DNA from: Gammaproteobacteria bacterium
GTDB taxonomy: Bacteria > Pseudomonadota > Gammaproteobacteria > Eutrophobiales > Eutrophobiaceae
Assembly (NCBI GenBank): GCA_965116495.1
Contig: OZ220696.1
Span: 1,472,001 to 1,536,000, forward strand
DNA length: 64,000 bases
Reading direction: 5' to 3'
Position 1 is the stretch's first letter. Each line of letters starts with the position of its first letter. Under the pieces are notes generated by a model, which saw nothing but the letters and a program-made list of their open reading frames with translations, was not told the DNA's origin and did no database searches. Position numbers and translations under genes: made by a program. This document shows positions 22,334-32,547 of the stretch, piece by piece.

Positions 22334-22409
22334 ACGAGAGGCGCGGAAGGACGACGGGGGACGCGGTATGACGACGAGGGACGCGGTATGACGACGAGGG
22401 ACGCGGTAT
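22330..22409 (+). repeat. 20-bp tandem repeat x4 (GACGACGAGGGACGCGGTAT)
   Basis: Directly visible; first units degenerate. Confidence 0.85.
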
Positions 22410-22433
22410 GATAGTCCTGTCAGTTGGCTGATA

Positions 22434-24890
22434 GTGTCCAATACACCAGCCAATCTCCCCGAGCGCGCCGACGTGGTGATCATCGGTGGCGGCGTGATCG
22501 GCTGCTCAATCGCTTATCACCTGGCAAAATTCCACTCGCCGGACGTTGTACTGCTGGAGCGCAAACAGATCACATCCGGAACCACCTGGCATGCGGCTGG
22601 CCTGATCGGGCAGTTGCGCGGCTCCATCAATATGACCAAGCTCGCCCGTTACACCAGGGAACTCTACGACGGCCTGGAGGCGGAAACGGGACAGGCGACG
22701 GGCTACCGGCAATGCGGATCGGTCTCAATCGCCACCAGTGAAGAACGCTTCGAGGAACTGAAACGCAACGCATCGATGGCGCAGGTGTTCGGACTGAAAG
22801 TCGATGTCGTCACACCCGGAGCAATCAAGGAGCGGGTACCGCTGCTTCATACCGACGACGTGCTCGGCGGGATACATATTCCTTCCGACGGATACGGCAA
22901 CGCGGTCGATATCACCCAGGCACTGGCCAAAGGGGCACGGGCCAACGGCGCGCGGATTTACCAGAACGTGCCGGTAACGGCAATTCGTACCGGCGCCGGA
23001 CGGGCCACCGGCGTCAGCACCGGGTACGGCGATATGGATGCCGGCCACGTGGTGCTCTGCGCCGGTATGTGGACGCGGGACCTGGCCGCCACAATCGGGG
23101 TCAACGTCCCGCTGCACGCCTGCGAGCACTACTACGCGCTGTTTGAATCCGTCCGGGGACTGGATGAAAACCTGCCGGTGATACGCGACTACGACGCCTG
23201 CACCTATTACAAACACGACGCCGGCAAATTACTGGTAGGTGCGTTTGAACCCAGCGCCCGCCCCTGGGGTATGGGCGGCATTCCCGAAGACTTCTGCTTC
23301 GATGAGATTGCCGGTAATTTCGATCACTTCGAGCCAATCCTGAGTGATGCCATGGCGCGCGTGCCCGCGCTGGAATCGGCAGGAATACAGAAGTTCTTTT
23401 GCGGTCCGGAGAGCTTTACCCCGGACGTTCGTTACCATCTCGGCCAGGCGCCCGGTTTCGGGAATTGCTTTGTCGCCGCGGGCTTGAACTCAATCGGTCT
23501 GCAGTCCGCGGGGGGAATAGGAAAAGTCATGGCGGAATGGATCCGCGCCGGGCAGCCGCCGGCCGACCTCTGGGAAGTGGACGTGCGGCGCAACATGCCT
23601 TTCCAGGGCAACCGCAAATACCTGCGTGAGCGCGTATCCGAGAGCCTGGGCCTGCTCTACGCCAGGCACTACCCTTTTCGCCAATATGAGACTGCGCGGG
23701 GCGTGCGCAGGTCACCGCTTTACGATTGCCTGAAATCAGCAGGCGCCTGTCACGGTGAAACGGCCGGGTGGGAACGGCCGAACTGGTACGCGCCCCGGGG
23801 AGTGGAAGCCAGGTACGAATACAGTTACGGGCGCCAGAACTGGTTCGAATACTCGGCTGCCGAACACAGGGCGGTACGTGACAACGTCGGCCTGTTCGAC
23901 CAGTCGTCCTTCGCCAAGTACCGCCTGGAAGGAAGAGACGCGGCGCGGGTGCTGAACCATATTTGCGCCAACGACGTTGACGTCCGGCCCGGCCGTATCG
24001 TCTACACGCAATGGTTGAACGAGAAGGGCGGGATCGAAGCAGATCTGACGGTCACGCGTCTTGCGGAGGACAGCTTCCTGATCGTCACGGCTGCTGCCAC
24101 GGAAGTGCGCGATTTCCACTGGCTCAGACAACATATCCCAGACGCTGCCCATTGCGTGTTGACCAACGTGACATCGGCCATGGGCGTCATTTCCGTAATG
24201 GGTCCGAATGCGCGCAAACTGCTGCAACCATTGACACCGGCCGACCTGTCGAATGAGGCGTTCGGCTTTGCTACCAGCCGGGAGATAGAACTGGGTTACG
24301 CATTGGTGCGCGCTTCAAGAATTACCTTCGTCGGTGAGTTGGGCTGGGAGCTTTATATACCGACCGAGTTCGTAGCTGGAGTATACGAAACGATTGTCGC
24401 TGCCGGCGAGACGGCCGGTCTGGCCCACGCTGGTTATCATGCCCTCGATTCCCTGCGCATGGAAAAAGCCTACCGCCATTGGAGTCACGATATCACCGAC
24501 GAGGACACGCCGCTCGAAGCGGGCCTGGAATTTACGGTAAAGTTCGACAAGCCGGGCGGTTTCATCGGCCGCGACGCGTTACTGAAACAAAAGGAGCAAG
24601 GCATACGCAGACGCCTGTTGCAATTCAGGCTGCTGGATCCTGAACCCCTGCTTTACCACAACGAACCGATCTGGCACCGGGACAGGATTATCGGCCACGT
24701 GACATCCGGTAGTTACGGTCATACCCTGGGCGGAAGCATCGGCCTGGGCTACGTCGACACGTCGGAGGTTCGCGACCTGGAGGAGTTCGCCGGAGATGCG
24801 TTCGAAATCGAAGTGGCAGGCGCCCGCATCAGGGCTGAGGCTTCGCTGCGCCCCATGTACGATCCCGATGGGAGGAGAATTAGGAATTGA
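22434..24890 (+). CDS. GcvT-family FAD-dependent oxidoreductase (sarcosine/dimethylglycine dehydrogenase-like)
   Basis: GGGVIG, TSGTTWHAAG, GPESFTPD, GWERPNW, LRMEKAY. Confidence 0.9.
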   Translation: MSNTPANLPERADVVIIGGGVIGCSIAYHLAKFHSPDVVLLERKQITSGTTWHAAGLIGQLRGSINMTKLARYTRELYDGLEAETGQATGYRQCGSVSIATSEERFEELKRNASMAQVFGLKVDVVTPGAIKERVPLLHTDDVLGGIHIPSDGYGNAVDITQALAKGARANGARIYQNVPVTAIRTGAGRATGVSTGYGDMDAGHVVLCAGMWTRDLAATIGVNVPLHACEHYYALFESVRGLDENLPVIRDYDACTYYKHDAGKLLVGAFEPSARPWGMGGIPEDFCFDEIAGNFDHFEPILSDAMARVPALESAGIQKFFCGPESFTPDVRYHLGQAPGFGNCFVAAGLNSIGLQSAGGIGKVMAEWIRAGQPPADLWEVDVRRNMPFQGNRKYLRERVSESLGLLYARHYPFRQYETARGVRRSPLYDCLKSAGACHGETAGWERPNWYAPRGVEARYEYSYGRQNWFEYSAAEHRAVRDNVGLFDQSSFAKYRLEGRDAARVLNHICANDVDVRPGRIVYTQWLNEKGGIEADLTVTRLAEDSFLIVTAAATEVRDFHWLRQHIPDAAHCVLTNVTSAMGVISVMGPNARKLLQPLTPADLSNEAFGFATSREIELGYALVRASRITFVGELGWELYIPTEFVAGVYETIVAAGETAGLAHAGYHALDSLRMEKAYRHWSHDITDEDTPLEAGLEFTVKFDKPGGFIGRDALLKQKEQGIRRRLLQFRLLDPEPLLYHNEPIWHRDRIIGHVTSGSYGHTLGGSIGLGYVDTSEVRDLEEFAGDAFEIEVAGARIRAEASLRPMYDPDGRRIRN

Positions 24891-25066
24891 GAATTACGAA
24901 TTAGGAATTACGAATTACGAATTAGGAATTGGGGGGTACTGCGTCACAGTGTACCATGAACAGGCCTGCGGAAAATATGCGATTCTATGGTAAATGGCCG
25001 CCGCAGGCGGCATATTCATTCGTAATTCGTAATTCCTAATTCGTAATTCCTAATTGATCCTAATTC
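24877..25066 (+). mobile_element. Heptamer-array cassette, non-coding copy 1: (GAATTAN)8 - 89-bp core - (NTAATTC)n
   Basis: Inverted heptamer arrays; core is colinear with 58646-58733; mobility is inferred. Confidence 0.7.
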
Positions 25067-26604
25067 CTGCCGACAGCCGCGCGGGAAAGAAAAATCGGGA
25101 ACCTGGCCCGCACCTCGGAATCAGTCTCGTCACTGATATGGCGGGGAAAATGGCTGGCGAGAATGTCCCGCTTTTTCTCAATAGCCATTTGCAACATAAC
25201 CGGTTTTCCGCTTTCCTCCCACACGTTCGGGCTGGTGCGATCGCTGAAATCCGGATATATGTATTCGCTTTGCATGACCTTCAAGGTCCGGTCGGAGCCC
25301 AGGTAGTGGCCTTCGCCGCTGTTGCAGACCTGTTTTATTTCATCAAAACTCAGGGTTTCGGGATTAACTTCAATCCCTCTCGTTACCCGCATGGCGGCGC
25401 CCAGCACGTCGTTGTCCAGCAGGAGGCTCTCCGGGCAGGTGCCCAGGAGACTCGCGTACATACCTGCCGATTCGTAGACGAGGTTGGAGCCCGACAACGC
25501 CGCGGCCAGGGTCGTCGCGGCGCGTTCGGCGCCGGCCTGAAAATCCGGGAACTTCGAATCAGTCATGCCGCAGGCCGTACCGAAGGGTAGGTCGTAGACG
25601 TTGCCCATTTGCGCGCAGGCCGCAGACAGCAGCCCCTGTTCGGGCGAACCGCCGCTCATGGCGCCGGTGCGCAGGTCGGAAACGAATGGCCAGGCGCCGA
25701 GAATGGCCGGGGCGCCAGGTTCGATCGCGTTCACGTAGACCAGGCCGCCGAGACATTCGGCCCAGGCCTGGGATACCGCGCCGGCCAGACAGGCCGGCGT
25801 TGTCGCCCCTGCCTGTCCTGCGGACAGGAGCAGCACCGGCATACCGCCCTGCACTGCGATCCGCAAACATTCCAGGGACTCCTGGGCAAACTTCATGGGC
25901 GGCACGACAAAGCAGTTGGATTGACTGACAAACGGTCGCGCCCGCCACTCGGCCTCACCGCCCGCAATGATGTGCAACATTTCCAGGGTTTTTTCAAGAT
26001 GCCAGGATTCGGTCCAGCTCGAAGCCACGTGTTTGCCGGTGCCCATGACAACGCAGTAGGCGGTATTGAGGTCCATTTCGTAATTGTCAGCTATATCCCG
26101 CAACACACAGGTGCGCTGGAACATGTGTATGTGTTCACAGGTGTCGGCGATGCGCGCCATGTCGTAGAGGTCCTGTGCCGTCGACTCGCGGTACAGGTTG
26201 TTTTCAGGGTCGGCTATCATGACCGCGGCGCCGGCCGTTGCGAAGTGGACCTTGCTGCCGCTGAGGTGTAAATCGTGTGCGGGGTCCTGGCCGTGCAGCA
26301 CCAGGTTGCGTCTGGAAAGGCCCATGGCGCCTTCGACCACGGCTCTCGGCATTCTGAGACGGCCGTCATCGCCGAGCACGGCGCCGACGCCGGTACAGGT
26401 CTCTATGCAGTGGGGTGTCGCGTCGCCGAAGCCGACTTCTTCCAGAATCCTGAAGACGTTATCGTTTATCGCTGCGATATCCGCATCCTTCAGAGGCCGG
26501 AATTGTCCGCCGACTTCGCCAGGGTGAACGGGCTTGAGTTCAGCGGCCAGCGGTGCGCTGCGCAATGCCCTGCGCGCCTTTCTCCCACCGGATTGTCTTG
26601 CCAT
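25060..26604 (-). CDS. Trimethylamine methyltransferase (MttB) family, non-pyrrolysine (MtgB-like)
   Basis: AGQAGATTPACLAG, SDLRTGAMSGGSPE, DSKFPDFQAGAE, GHYLG; no in-frame TAG; start set at MARQSGGR. Confidence 0.9.
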   Translation of the reverse strand: MARQSGGRKARRALRSAPLAAELKPVHPGEVGGQFRPLKDADIAAINDNVFRILEEVGFGDATPHCIETCTGVGAVLGDDGRLRMPRAVVEGAMGLSRRNLVLHGQDPAHDLHLSGSKVHFATAGAAVMIADPENNLYRESTAQDLYDMARIADTCEHIHMFQRTCVLRDIADNYEMDLNTAYCVVMGTGKHVASSWTESWHLEKTLEMLHIIAGGEAEWRARPFVSQSNCFVVPPMKFAQESLECLRIAVQGGMPVLLLSAGQAGATTPACLAGAVSQAWAECLGGLVYVNAIEPGAPAILGAWPFVSDLRTGAMSGGSPEQGLLSAACAQMGNVYDLPFGTACGMTDSKFPDFQAGAERAATTLAAALSGSNLVYESAGMYASLLGTCPESLLLDNDVLGAAMRVTRGIEVNPETLSFDEIKQVCNSGEGHYLGSDRTLKVMQSEYIYPDFSDRTSPNVWEESGKPVMLQMAIEKKRDILASHFPRHISDETDSEVRARFPIFLSRAAVGRN

Positions 26605-26729
26605 CGCCGTTCTCTCCAGGGTTGGATTAAACCATCTCAGCAAAGCCGGGGAAATTATGGCAGATTGGCATGGAACGCGTCAATTCCCGAATTAACACCC
26701 ATGTGCTTGATCTAGTACTCTTTCCAGGA

Positions 26730-27467
26730 TCAGGCGCTGATGATTCCCCGTGTGCGTACAAGGCGCGTGCCGGTGTCGGCTGCTTCCGCAGCATCCCGGC
26801 AATATGCATCGGCGCCGACTGCCCTGCCGAACTCCTCGTTCAGAGGGGCGCCGCCGACCATGACGATATAATCATTGCGAATGTTTTGTGAGACCATCTC
26901 GTCAACCACGACTTTCATGTACGGCATGGTGGTGGTGAGCAGGGCGGACATCCCAAGAATGTCCGGCTGATGCTGTTCCAGGGCGGCAAAATAGTCTTCA
27001 ACGCTGTTGTTGATGCCGAGATTGATGACTTCAAATCCGGCCCCTTCCATCATCATCCCCACCAGGTTCTTACCGATGTCGTGGATGTCGCCCTTGACGG
27101 TGCCGATCACCATCTTGCCGATGGGTTTCGCCCCCGTTTCCGCCAGCAGCGGGCGTAACACTGCCATCCCGCCCTTCATGGCATTGGCCGCCAGCAACAC
27201 CTCCGGCACGAATAATATCCCGTCACGGAAATCAATACCCACGATTTGCATGCCGCCCACCAGGGCCTCGTTAAGCACCTTGTCCGCGCCCCAACCCCGG
27301 TCCAGGAGGAGTTGCGTACCCTCTATGATCTCGTCCTTAAGGCCGTCGTAGAGGTCATCGTGCATCTGTTCCACCAGTTCCGTGTCGTCCAGTTCGGACA
27401 GGACGAAGTCATCGTCCTGCTCGTCGTTCCAGATTTCTGCAGCGGCTTCTATATTCATTGCTGTCAT
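26730..27467 (-). CDS. Corrinoid (B12-binding) protein, MtgC-like
   Basis: GTVKGDIHDIGKNLV, MSALLTTTM, VGGAP. Confidence 0.93.
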   Translation of the reverse strand: MTAMNIEAAAEIWNDEQDDDFVLSELDDTELVEQMHDDLYDGLKDEIIEGTQLLLDRGWGADKVLNEALVGGMQIVGIDFRDGILFVPEVLLAANAMKGGMAVLRPLLAETGAKPIGKMVIGTVKGDIHDIGKNLVGMMMEGAGFEVINLGINNSVEDYFAALEQHQPDILGMSALLTTTMPYMKVVVDEMVSQNIRNDYIVMVGGAPLNEEFGRAVGADAYCRDAAEAADTGTRLVRTRGIISA

Positions 27468-27486
27468 GCCCCGTGAGTTAAGGTTA

Positions 27487-27717
27487 AAGAAGCGCTGATC
27501 AAGTCCGTCCAGGACTTGATCAGAACAAGGAAAACAAAAATGCGATTTTTGTTTTCACTCCCTACATCCCTGTAGCTTGCCGCAAAGCGGCAACAGCAAC
27601 TTGTTGTGCAAATCGGCTTTCCTGCCGATTTGTCCTTCCAAAATCAATGACTATGTATCATTGATTTTGGTGGTACATCCCGTACCGCAGAAACCTCAGA
27701 CTTAATCAGAGGTTCCT
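27487..27717. mobile_element. MITE with IS5-like terminal inverted repeats and multiple internal hairpins
   Basis: AAGAAGCGCTGATCAAGTC vs reverse complement AGGAACCTCTGATTAAGTC (15/19); same ends fused at 53840-53868. Confidence 0.6.
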
Positions 27718-27808
27718 GAAGGGAGTACGGTTTTAACTCTGCCCGCTTTCCTGAACGGCAATTTCGCGCAAGTCTGGATTAGCTGGTAATTTCGTGTATA
27801 TGGCAACA

Positions 27809-27834
27809 CGACGTTGTTACATGCATATGCGACA
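27809..27834 (-). promoter_or_regulatory. TGTCG-N16-CGTCG putative GlxA/GbdR-type box
   Basis: Upstream of the corrinoid/MttB operon, 21-bp spacing. Confidence 0.5.
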
Positions 27835-27917
27835 TATATCGTTACCGGCGGACGCTCGACAACCTGACGCTGCAGATTCCGGCGGGCCAGGATAATGCGC
27901 TCCCTGGCGTTTTCGGG

Positions 27918-29264
27918 TTAAATAAACACAAACCTGGCCAGGAAGATCAGCACCAGAAACCAGACGCCGGCAGAAATCTCCCTGAATTTACCGCTTGCCA
28001 GTTTGACGCTGACGTAGGTAATAAAGCCCACGGCAATGCCGTCAGCAATGGAGAAGGTCAACGGGATCGCCACGATAGTCAGCAACGCCGGGACCAGTTC
28101 GGTGGCATCCTCCCAGTCCAGTTCGCGCATGCCGCCCAGCATCAGCATGGCCACAAACAGCAGCGCCCCTGATGTCGCGAATTCAGGCACCATCTGCGCC
28201 AACGGGGCAAAGAATACCGCCAGCAGGAACAGGATACCCACCGTTACCGCGCTGAGTCCGGTGCGGCCGCCGCTGGCAATGCCCGCTACGCTTTCCACGT
28301 AGCTGGTGACCGGGGTACAGCCGAGACAGGCGCCCACCACGCTGGAGGAACTGTCAGCCTTAAGCGCACGCTCCAGGTTTTGTACCCTGCCCCCGGTGTC
28401 GATCAAACCGGCCCGTTGTGCAACTCCCATCAGGGTGCCGGTGGTATCGAACAGGTTGACGAACAGGAAGGCCGCCACCACGCTGATCATGGTTACATCC
28501 AGGGCGCCCGCAATGTCCAGTTGCAAGAAGGTTGCGGCCATATCCGGCGGCGCTGAAACCAGGCCCTGGTAGGATACCAGCCCGGTGAGCAGCCCGGCAG
28601 CGGTTATCGCCAGGATGCCCAGCATGATGGCCCCGGGCACCCCCCTCACCCCCAGGCCGGCTATCAGCAGGAAACCGACAGCAGCCAGCAGTGGTTCGGG
28701 CCGGGTCAGGTCGCCGAGAGTCAGGATAGTTGCGGGGTCGGCCACGACCAGCCCACCGTTCTGCAAGCCGATAAAGCCGATGAACAGGCCCACCCCGCAC
28801 CCCATGGCAAAACGCAGGTTCATGGGAATGCTGTTCAGCATCCAGCCGCGCAGGCGGGTAACGCTGATGATCACGAACAGCACGCTGGAAAGAAACACCG
28901 CCCCCAAACCGACCTGCCAACTGTGGCCCATGCTGCCCACCACCGTGTACGTGAAAAATGCATTCATGCCCATACCCGGCGCCAGGCCGACCGGCCAGTT
29001 CGCATACAGGCCCATGACCAGACAGGCCAGGGCGGAGGCCAGGCAGGTGGCGACAAAACTGGCGCCCTGATCGATCCCGGCGGCGGCCATCATCTGCGGA
29101 TTGACGAAGATAATATAGGCCATGGTGACGAAGGTGGTAAGACCTGCCAGGACTTCGGTACTGATCTTCGTGCCATGCTCCGACAGTCTGAACCGGCGCT
29201 CCAACAGGGTGGTGATTATATAAGGGACGGACTTGAGTCCGTCTCCGGACACGGTGTTTGTCAT
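27918..29264 (-). CDS. NCS2/AzgA-family permease
   Basis: EVLAGLTTFVTMAYIIFVNP, LAPGMGMNAFF, FDTTGT, YVES..G..GGRTG; start uncertain. Confidence 0.9.
   Translation of the reverse strand: MTNTVSGDGLKSVPYIITTLLERRFRLSEHGTKISTEVLAGLTTFVTMAYIIFVNPQMMAAAGIDQGASFVATCLASALACLVMGLYANWPVGLAPGMGMNAFFTYTVVGSMGHSWQVGLGAVFLSSVLFVIISVTRLRGWMLNSIPMNLRFAMGCGVGLFIGFIGLQNGGLVVADPATILTLGDLTRPEPLLAAVGFLLIAGLGVRGVPGAIMLGILAITAAGLLTGLVSYQGLVSAPPDMAATFLQLDIAGALDVTMISVVAAFLFVNLFDTTGTLMGVAQRAGLIDTGGRVQNLERALKADSSSSVVGACLGCTPVTSYVESVAGIASGGRTGLSAVTVGILFLLAVFFAPLAQMVPEFATSGALLFVAMLMLGGMRELDWEDATELVPALLTIVAIPLTFSIADGIAVGFITYVSVKLASGKFREISAGVWFLVLIFLARFVFI
29224..29246. repeat. REP-like palindrome GGGACGGACTTGAGTCCGTCTCC
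   Basis: Family of 7492 and 36818. Confidence 0.65.
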
Positions 29265-29435
29265 GATGCCAACAGGTTACAGGGATGGCAACCGGTTTTC
29301 CAGCCTGCTACGTGTGCCGGGATGATTTGAGCCGCCTGGAGGTATTGCGCAGAAAAGGCCGGGACCACCGTCAGACCTGATATTCGGGAATCTGTCCTGT
29401 GAGCCTGGGGCGGGTATGTATCTTTATTCCAACAA

Positions 29436-29460
29436 TGTCGTATATAGTATAAAAAAGTCG
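29436..29460 (+). promoter_or_regulatory. TGTCG-N15-AGTCG putative GlxA/GbdR-type box
   Basis: Upstream of TBDR; spacing is 20 rather than 21 bp. Confidence 0.35.
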
Positions 29461-29530
29461 AATTTTTATTTGTATTCAGACTTCCCTTTACCTATAATTG
29501 GCAGATAATCAAAAAACCAAGGGGAATACC

Positions 29531-32437
29531 ATGCCCAATAGGGTTGATATCAAACGGAATAAACTGAGCTACGCGATACTGTCCGCCATTACAGCAACGG
29601 CCGTCAGCGCACCGGCCAGTGCCCAGATTGAGGAAATAATCGTAACCGCAACCAAACGCGCCGAATCCACCCAGGATATTCCTGTATCGGTATCGGCCCT
29701 GCAAGGTGAAGACCTCCAGGAACTGCGCATCAGCACCTTCGATGATTATGTCAGGTACTTGCCCAACGTGGTGACCATGGGTACGGGACCGGGACAAAGC
29801 GAGCTCTACATTCGCGGCGCGGCCACAGAACAGTCGAAAGTCACCATCTCCGCGATCCAGGGATCGGCGCCGGCGGTGGCATTGTACGTGGATGAGATGC
29901 CGGTCGCCTTCGGCGGACGCAACCTCGACGTTTATGCGACAGACCTCAACCGTATCGAAGTGTTGCCGGGACCCCAGGGCACCCTGTTCGGCGCCAGTTC
30001 CCAGTCCGGCACGGTACGGCTGATCACCAATAAACCGGTCCAGGGCGAATTCCAGGCCGGCGCCAGTGCCGATGTTTCCACCACCAGGGGTGGAGATGTC
30101 AGCAACTCCCAGGAAGCCTACCTCAACGTGGCCCTGACGGACGACCTGGCGGTGCGCATTGCCGCCTACCATGACAACCAGGCCGGTTGGATCGACAACA
30201 TCAGCAACCTCGACGGCAGCGGTAATGTTATCCCGGGTGGTTTCGAAACCAACGACGGTGGTCTTGTCACCGTGCTTAACCGAAATACCGCGAATGTTTC
30301 AGCAGGATTTATTCATCCGGACAGCCCCGTCGAAGCGGCGGACAACAGCGCACTGGTTGAAGAGGACTTTAACGATGCCGAATATATCGGCGGACGCATC
30401 AGCCTGGCTTACGAGCCCACGGATAACTTTGGCCTGCTGGTGCAGCACACACAGCAGTCACTGGAGACGGACGGAGTGTTCGCCTACGACCCCAACCTCG
30501 ACGACAAGAGCAGCACGACCCGTTTTACCCGCGATACCAGTGAGGACGATTTCGGTCTGACCACCCTGACCCTCAACGGCCGCATCGGCATGCTGGATAT
30601 GATCTACACCGTCGGCTACCTGGACCGCGAAATGGAGTCTTACATAGACTACACGGACTACACCGCCGGCGGCGGCTACCAGGTGTACTACCTGTGTGCC
30701 CCGGTCAGGGATTGGAGCGGCAACGGCTTTGTGGGTTATGGCGGCACGGTGGGTGTGAGCGAATGCTGGGACCCGGAGGCGCAGTACGCCGATAATAACG
30801 ACAGCAAACGGGTCACCCAGGAGTTTCGCGTCTCCATGCCGGACGACTACCGTATGCGGGTGACTGCAGGCGCGTTCTTTGACGAACAGACAACCAACGG
30901 AACTGCGGCATTCGAGGACGCAGCCACCCAGGACGATGGCGACGGTTCCTGGTTGCCACTGGCTTTGGTAGGCGACCAGGTGCAAGGGACGAACGCCGAT
31001 CCCAATGTGCCATTCAATCCCAAGGTCAGTTTCGTCAACGACTACACCCGCAAGACCGAGCAGATGGCCCTGTTCGGCCAGCTTGATTTTGACATCACGC
31101 CGACGGTCACCGCCAGTTTCGGCGCGCGCTGGTACGATATCGATTTCGATTTCAAGGGTAACAGCAGCTTTTCATTCGGCTGCAAGGACTTTGACGGTGT
31201 GGTCAATGGCGATGATGTTCCATGTGACTCCAGTTTTGGAAGGGGCGGCTTTGACGCCACCAGTCCAACCTCCGGGAACAATGTGACTGCCCGGCTCGCG
31301 GCCCTCGGTGAGGGTACCCTGGAGGCTCTCGCGACCGTCAATGCCGATGCCTGCCGGCCTGACGCCCCCAGGTGTCGTGGCGGTACCGGGGATACGTTCA
31401 GCTCCAGTGCAGAGGACGTACTGGCAGACATCCAGAACGGTTCCCTTAATGTCAGTAACCTGGACAGCGATGGTGTCCTGAATGAATCCGACGTCATCTT
31501 CCGGGCTTCTCTGGACTGGAAGGTGACCGACGATATCCTGTTGTTCACCACCTTCGGCCAGGGCTTTCGACCACCGGTGACGAACCGGAATGCCGGCAAA
31601 CGTTCGAACAGGCAAACCGGTCCGTATGAGGGTTACCGTGTGCCGGCCATTGCCTTGACAGACAAGATGGACAACTACGAATGGGGCATCAAGGCGGATT
31701 TATTCGACAATACCTTACGCGTGAACGCCACCGGCTATTATTCAGAGATAGATGACCTGCAGGTATCCCGGTTCGACCCGGCTAACGTGGCCTTCCTGGT
31801 GTTTATCGAGAACGTGGGCGATGCCGAGATACTGGGGGCTGACGGTGATTTTACCTGGGCGCCCACAGCGAACCTGACGATCGCCGGTGCCTTCAGTTTC
31901 GTCGACAGCGAGATCACCCGCCTCAACCCGCAACTGGACGGGATTTCCGTACCGGTTGGCAGCGAACTGCCGTTCACCCCGGACTTTTCCGGCAGCCTGC
32001 GGGCGCGCTATGACTTCGACCTGCCCATCAACGGCGGGACCGGCGCTTATATTTCCGCCGGCCTCAGCTACACCGGCGAGAGCAAGTCGGGCATCGCCGG
32101 TAGCGCCTTCTCCGTTGAAGACACGCTCAGGCGCACCCACGGCGGCCGCGGGTCAGGACTCAAGATTGCCAATGAGGGCGGCAATTTTGCTGCCGGCAAC
32201 TGCGGCGCCTACGACGCGCCCGTCGCCTGCCCGAACGGCAGGTACGTGCAGGATGACTATGTCCTGCTGGACCTTGCGGTCGGTTTCAGGAGTGATACCT
32301 GGGGTGCGGAACTGTTCGTAAACAACGTGACGGACGAACGGGCCGAACTGCATGTCGATACCTTGCAGTACGTACCCAAGGTGGTAACCAACCGGCCGCG
32401 TACCTTTGGCGTGCGTTTCTCCTACGACTACAACTAG
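29531..32437 (+). CDS. TonB-dependent receptor (large)
   Basis: Signal peptide, IEEIIVTATKR, IEVLPGPQGTLFGAS, C-terminal PRTFGVRFSYDY; start 29531 after GGGG RBS (ORF opens 29498). Confidence 0.95.
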   Translation: MPNRVDIKRNKLSYAILSAITATAVSAPASAQIEEIIVTATKRAESTQDIPVSVSALQGEDLQELRISTFDDYVRYLPNVVTMGTGPGQSELYIRGAATEQSKVTISAIQGSAPAVALYVDEMPVAFGGRNLDVYATDLNRIEVLPGPQGTLFGASSQSGTVRLITNKPVQGEFQAGASADVSTTRGGDVSNSQEAYLNVALTDDLAVRIAAYHDNQAGWIDNISNLDGSGNVIPGGFETNDGGLVTVLNRNTANVSAGFIHPDSPVEAADNSALVEEDFNDAEYIGGRISLAYEPTDNFGLLVQHTQQSLETDGVFAYDPNLDDKSSTTRFTRDTSEDDFGLTTLTLNGRIGMLDMIYTVGYLDREMESYIDYTDYTAGGGYQVYYLCAPVRDWSGNGFVGYGGTVGVSECWDPEAQYADNNDSKRVTQEFRVSMPDDYRMRVTAGAFFDEQTTNGTAAFEDAATQDDGDGSWLPLALVGDQVQGTNADPNVPFNPKVSFVNDYTRKTEQMALFGQLDFDITPTVTASFGARWYDIDFDFKGNSSFSFGCKDFDGVVNGDDVPCDSSFGRGGFDATSPTSGNNVTARLAALGEGTLEALATVNADACRPDAPRCRGGTGDTFSSSAEDVLADIQNGSLNVSNLDSDGVLNESDVIFRASLDWKVTDDILLFTTFGQGFRPPVTNRNAGKRSNRQTGPYEGYRVPAIALTDKMDNYEWGIKADLFDNTLRVNATGYYSEIDDLQVSRFDPANVAFLVFIENVGDAEILGADGDFTWAPTANLTIAGAFSFVDSEITRLNPQLDGISVPVGSELPFTPDFSGSLRARYDFDLPINGGTGAYISAGLSYTGESKSGIAGSAFSVEDTLRRTHGGRGSGLKIANEGGNFAAGNCGAYDAPVACPNGRYVQDDYVLLDLAVGFRSDTWGAELFVNNVTDERAELHVDTLQYVPKVVTNRPRTFGVRFSYDYN

Positions 32438-32456
32438 CGTCAAAAAAAAGGAAGCG

Positions 32457-32495
32457 AAAAAAGCCGGCGTGTCCATCAAACACGCCGGCTTTTTT
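32457..32495. terminator. Bidirectional rho-independent terminator
   Basis: AAAAAAGCCGGCGTGT-loop-ACACGCCGGCTTTTTT. Confidence 0.85.
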
Positions 32496-32547
32496 GTGCT
32501 ACAATCGAGCCGTCGTAAACAACAATGGACTATAAGGAGATATCAAG

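Noticed and set aside
22330-22409. Possible CRISPR array (also the 24-bp repeats at 34878)
   Set aside because: Units are contiguous with no unique spacers, and no cas genes are present
25060-26604. Pyrrolysine-containing MttB
   Set aside because: The ORF is continuous with no in-frame TAG, and no pyl genes are present
27487-27900. Cobalamin riboswitch upstream of the corrinoid gene
   Set aside because: No recognisable B12-box; the structure is better explained by a MITE (Rfam scan not run)
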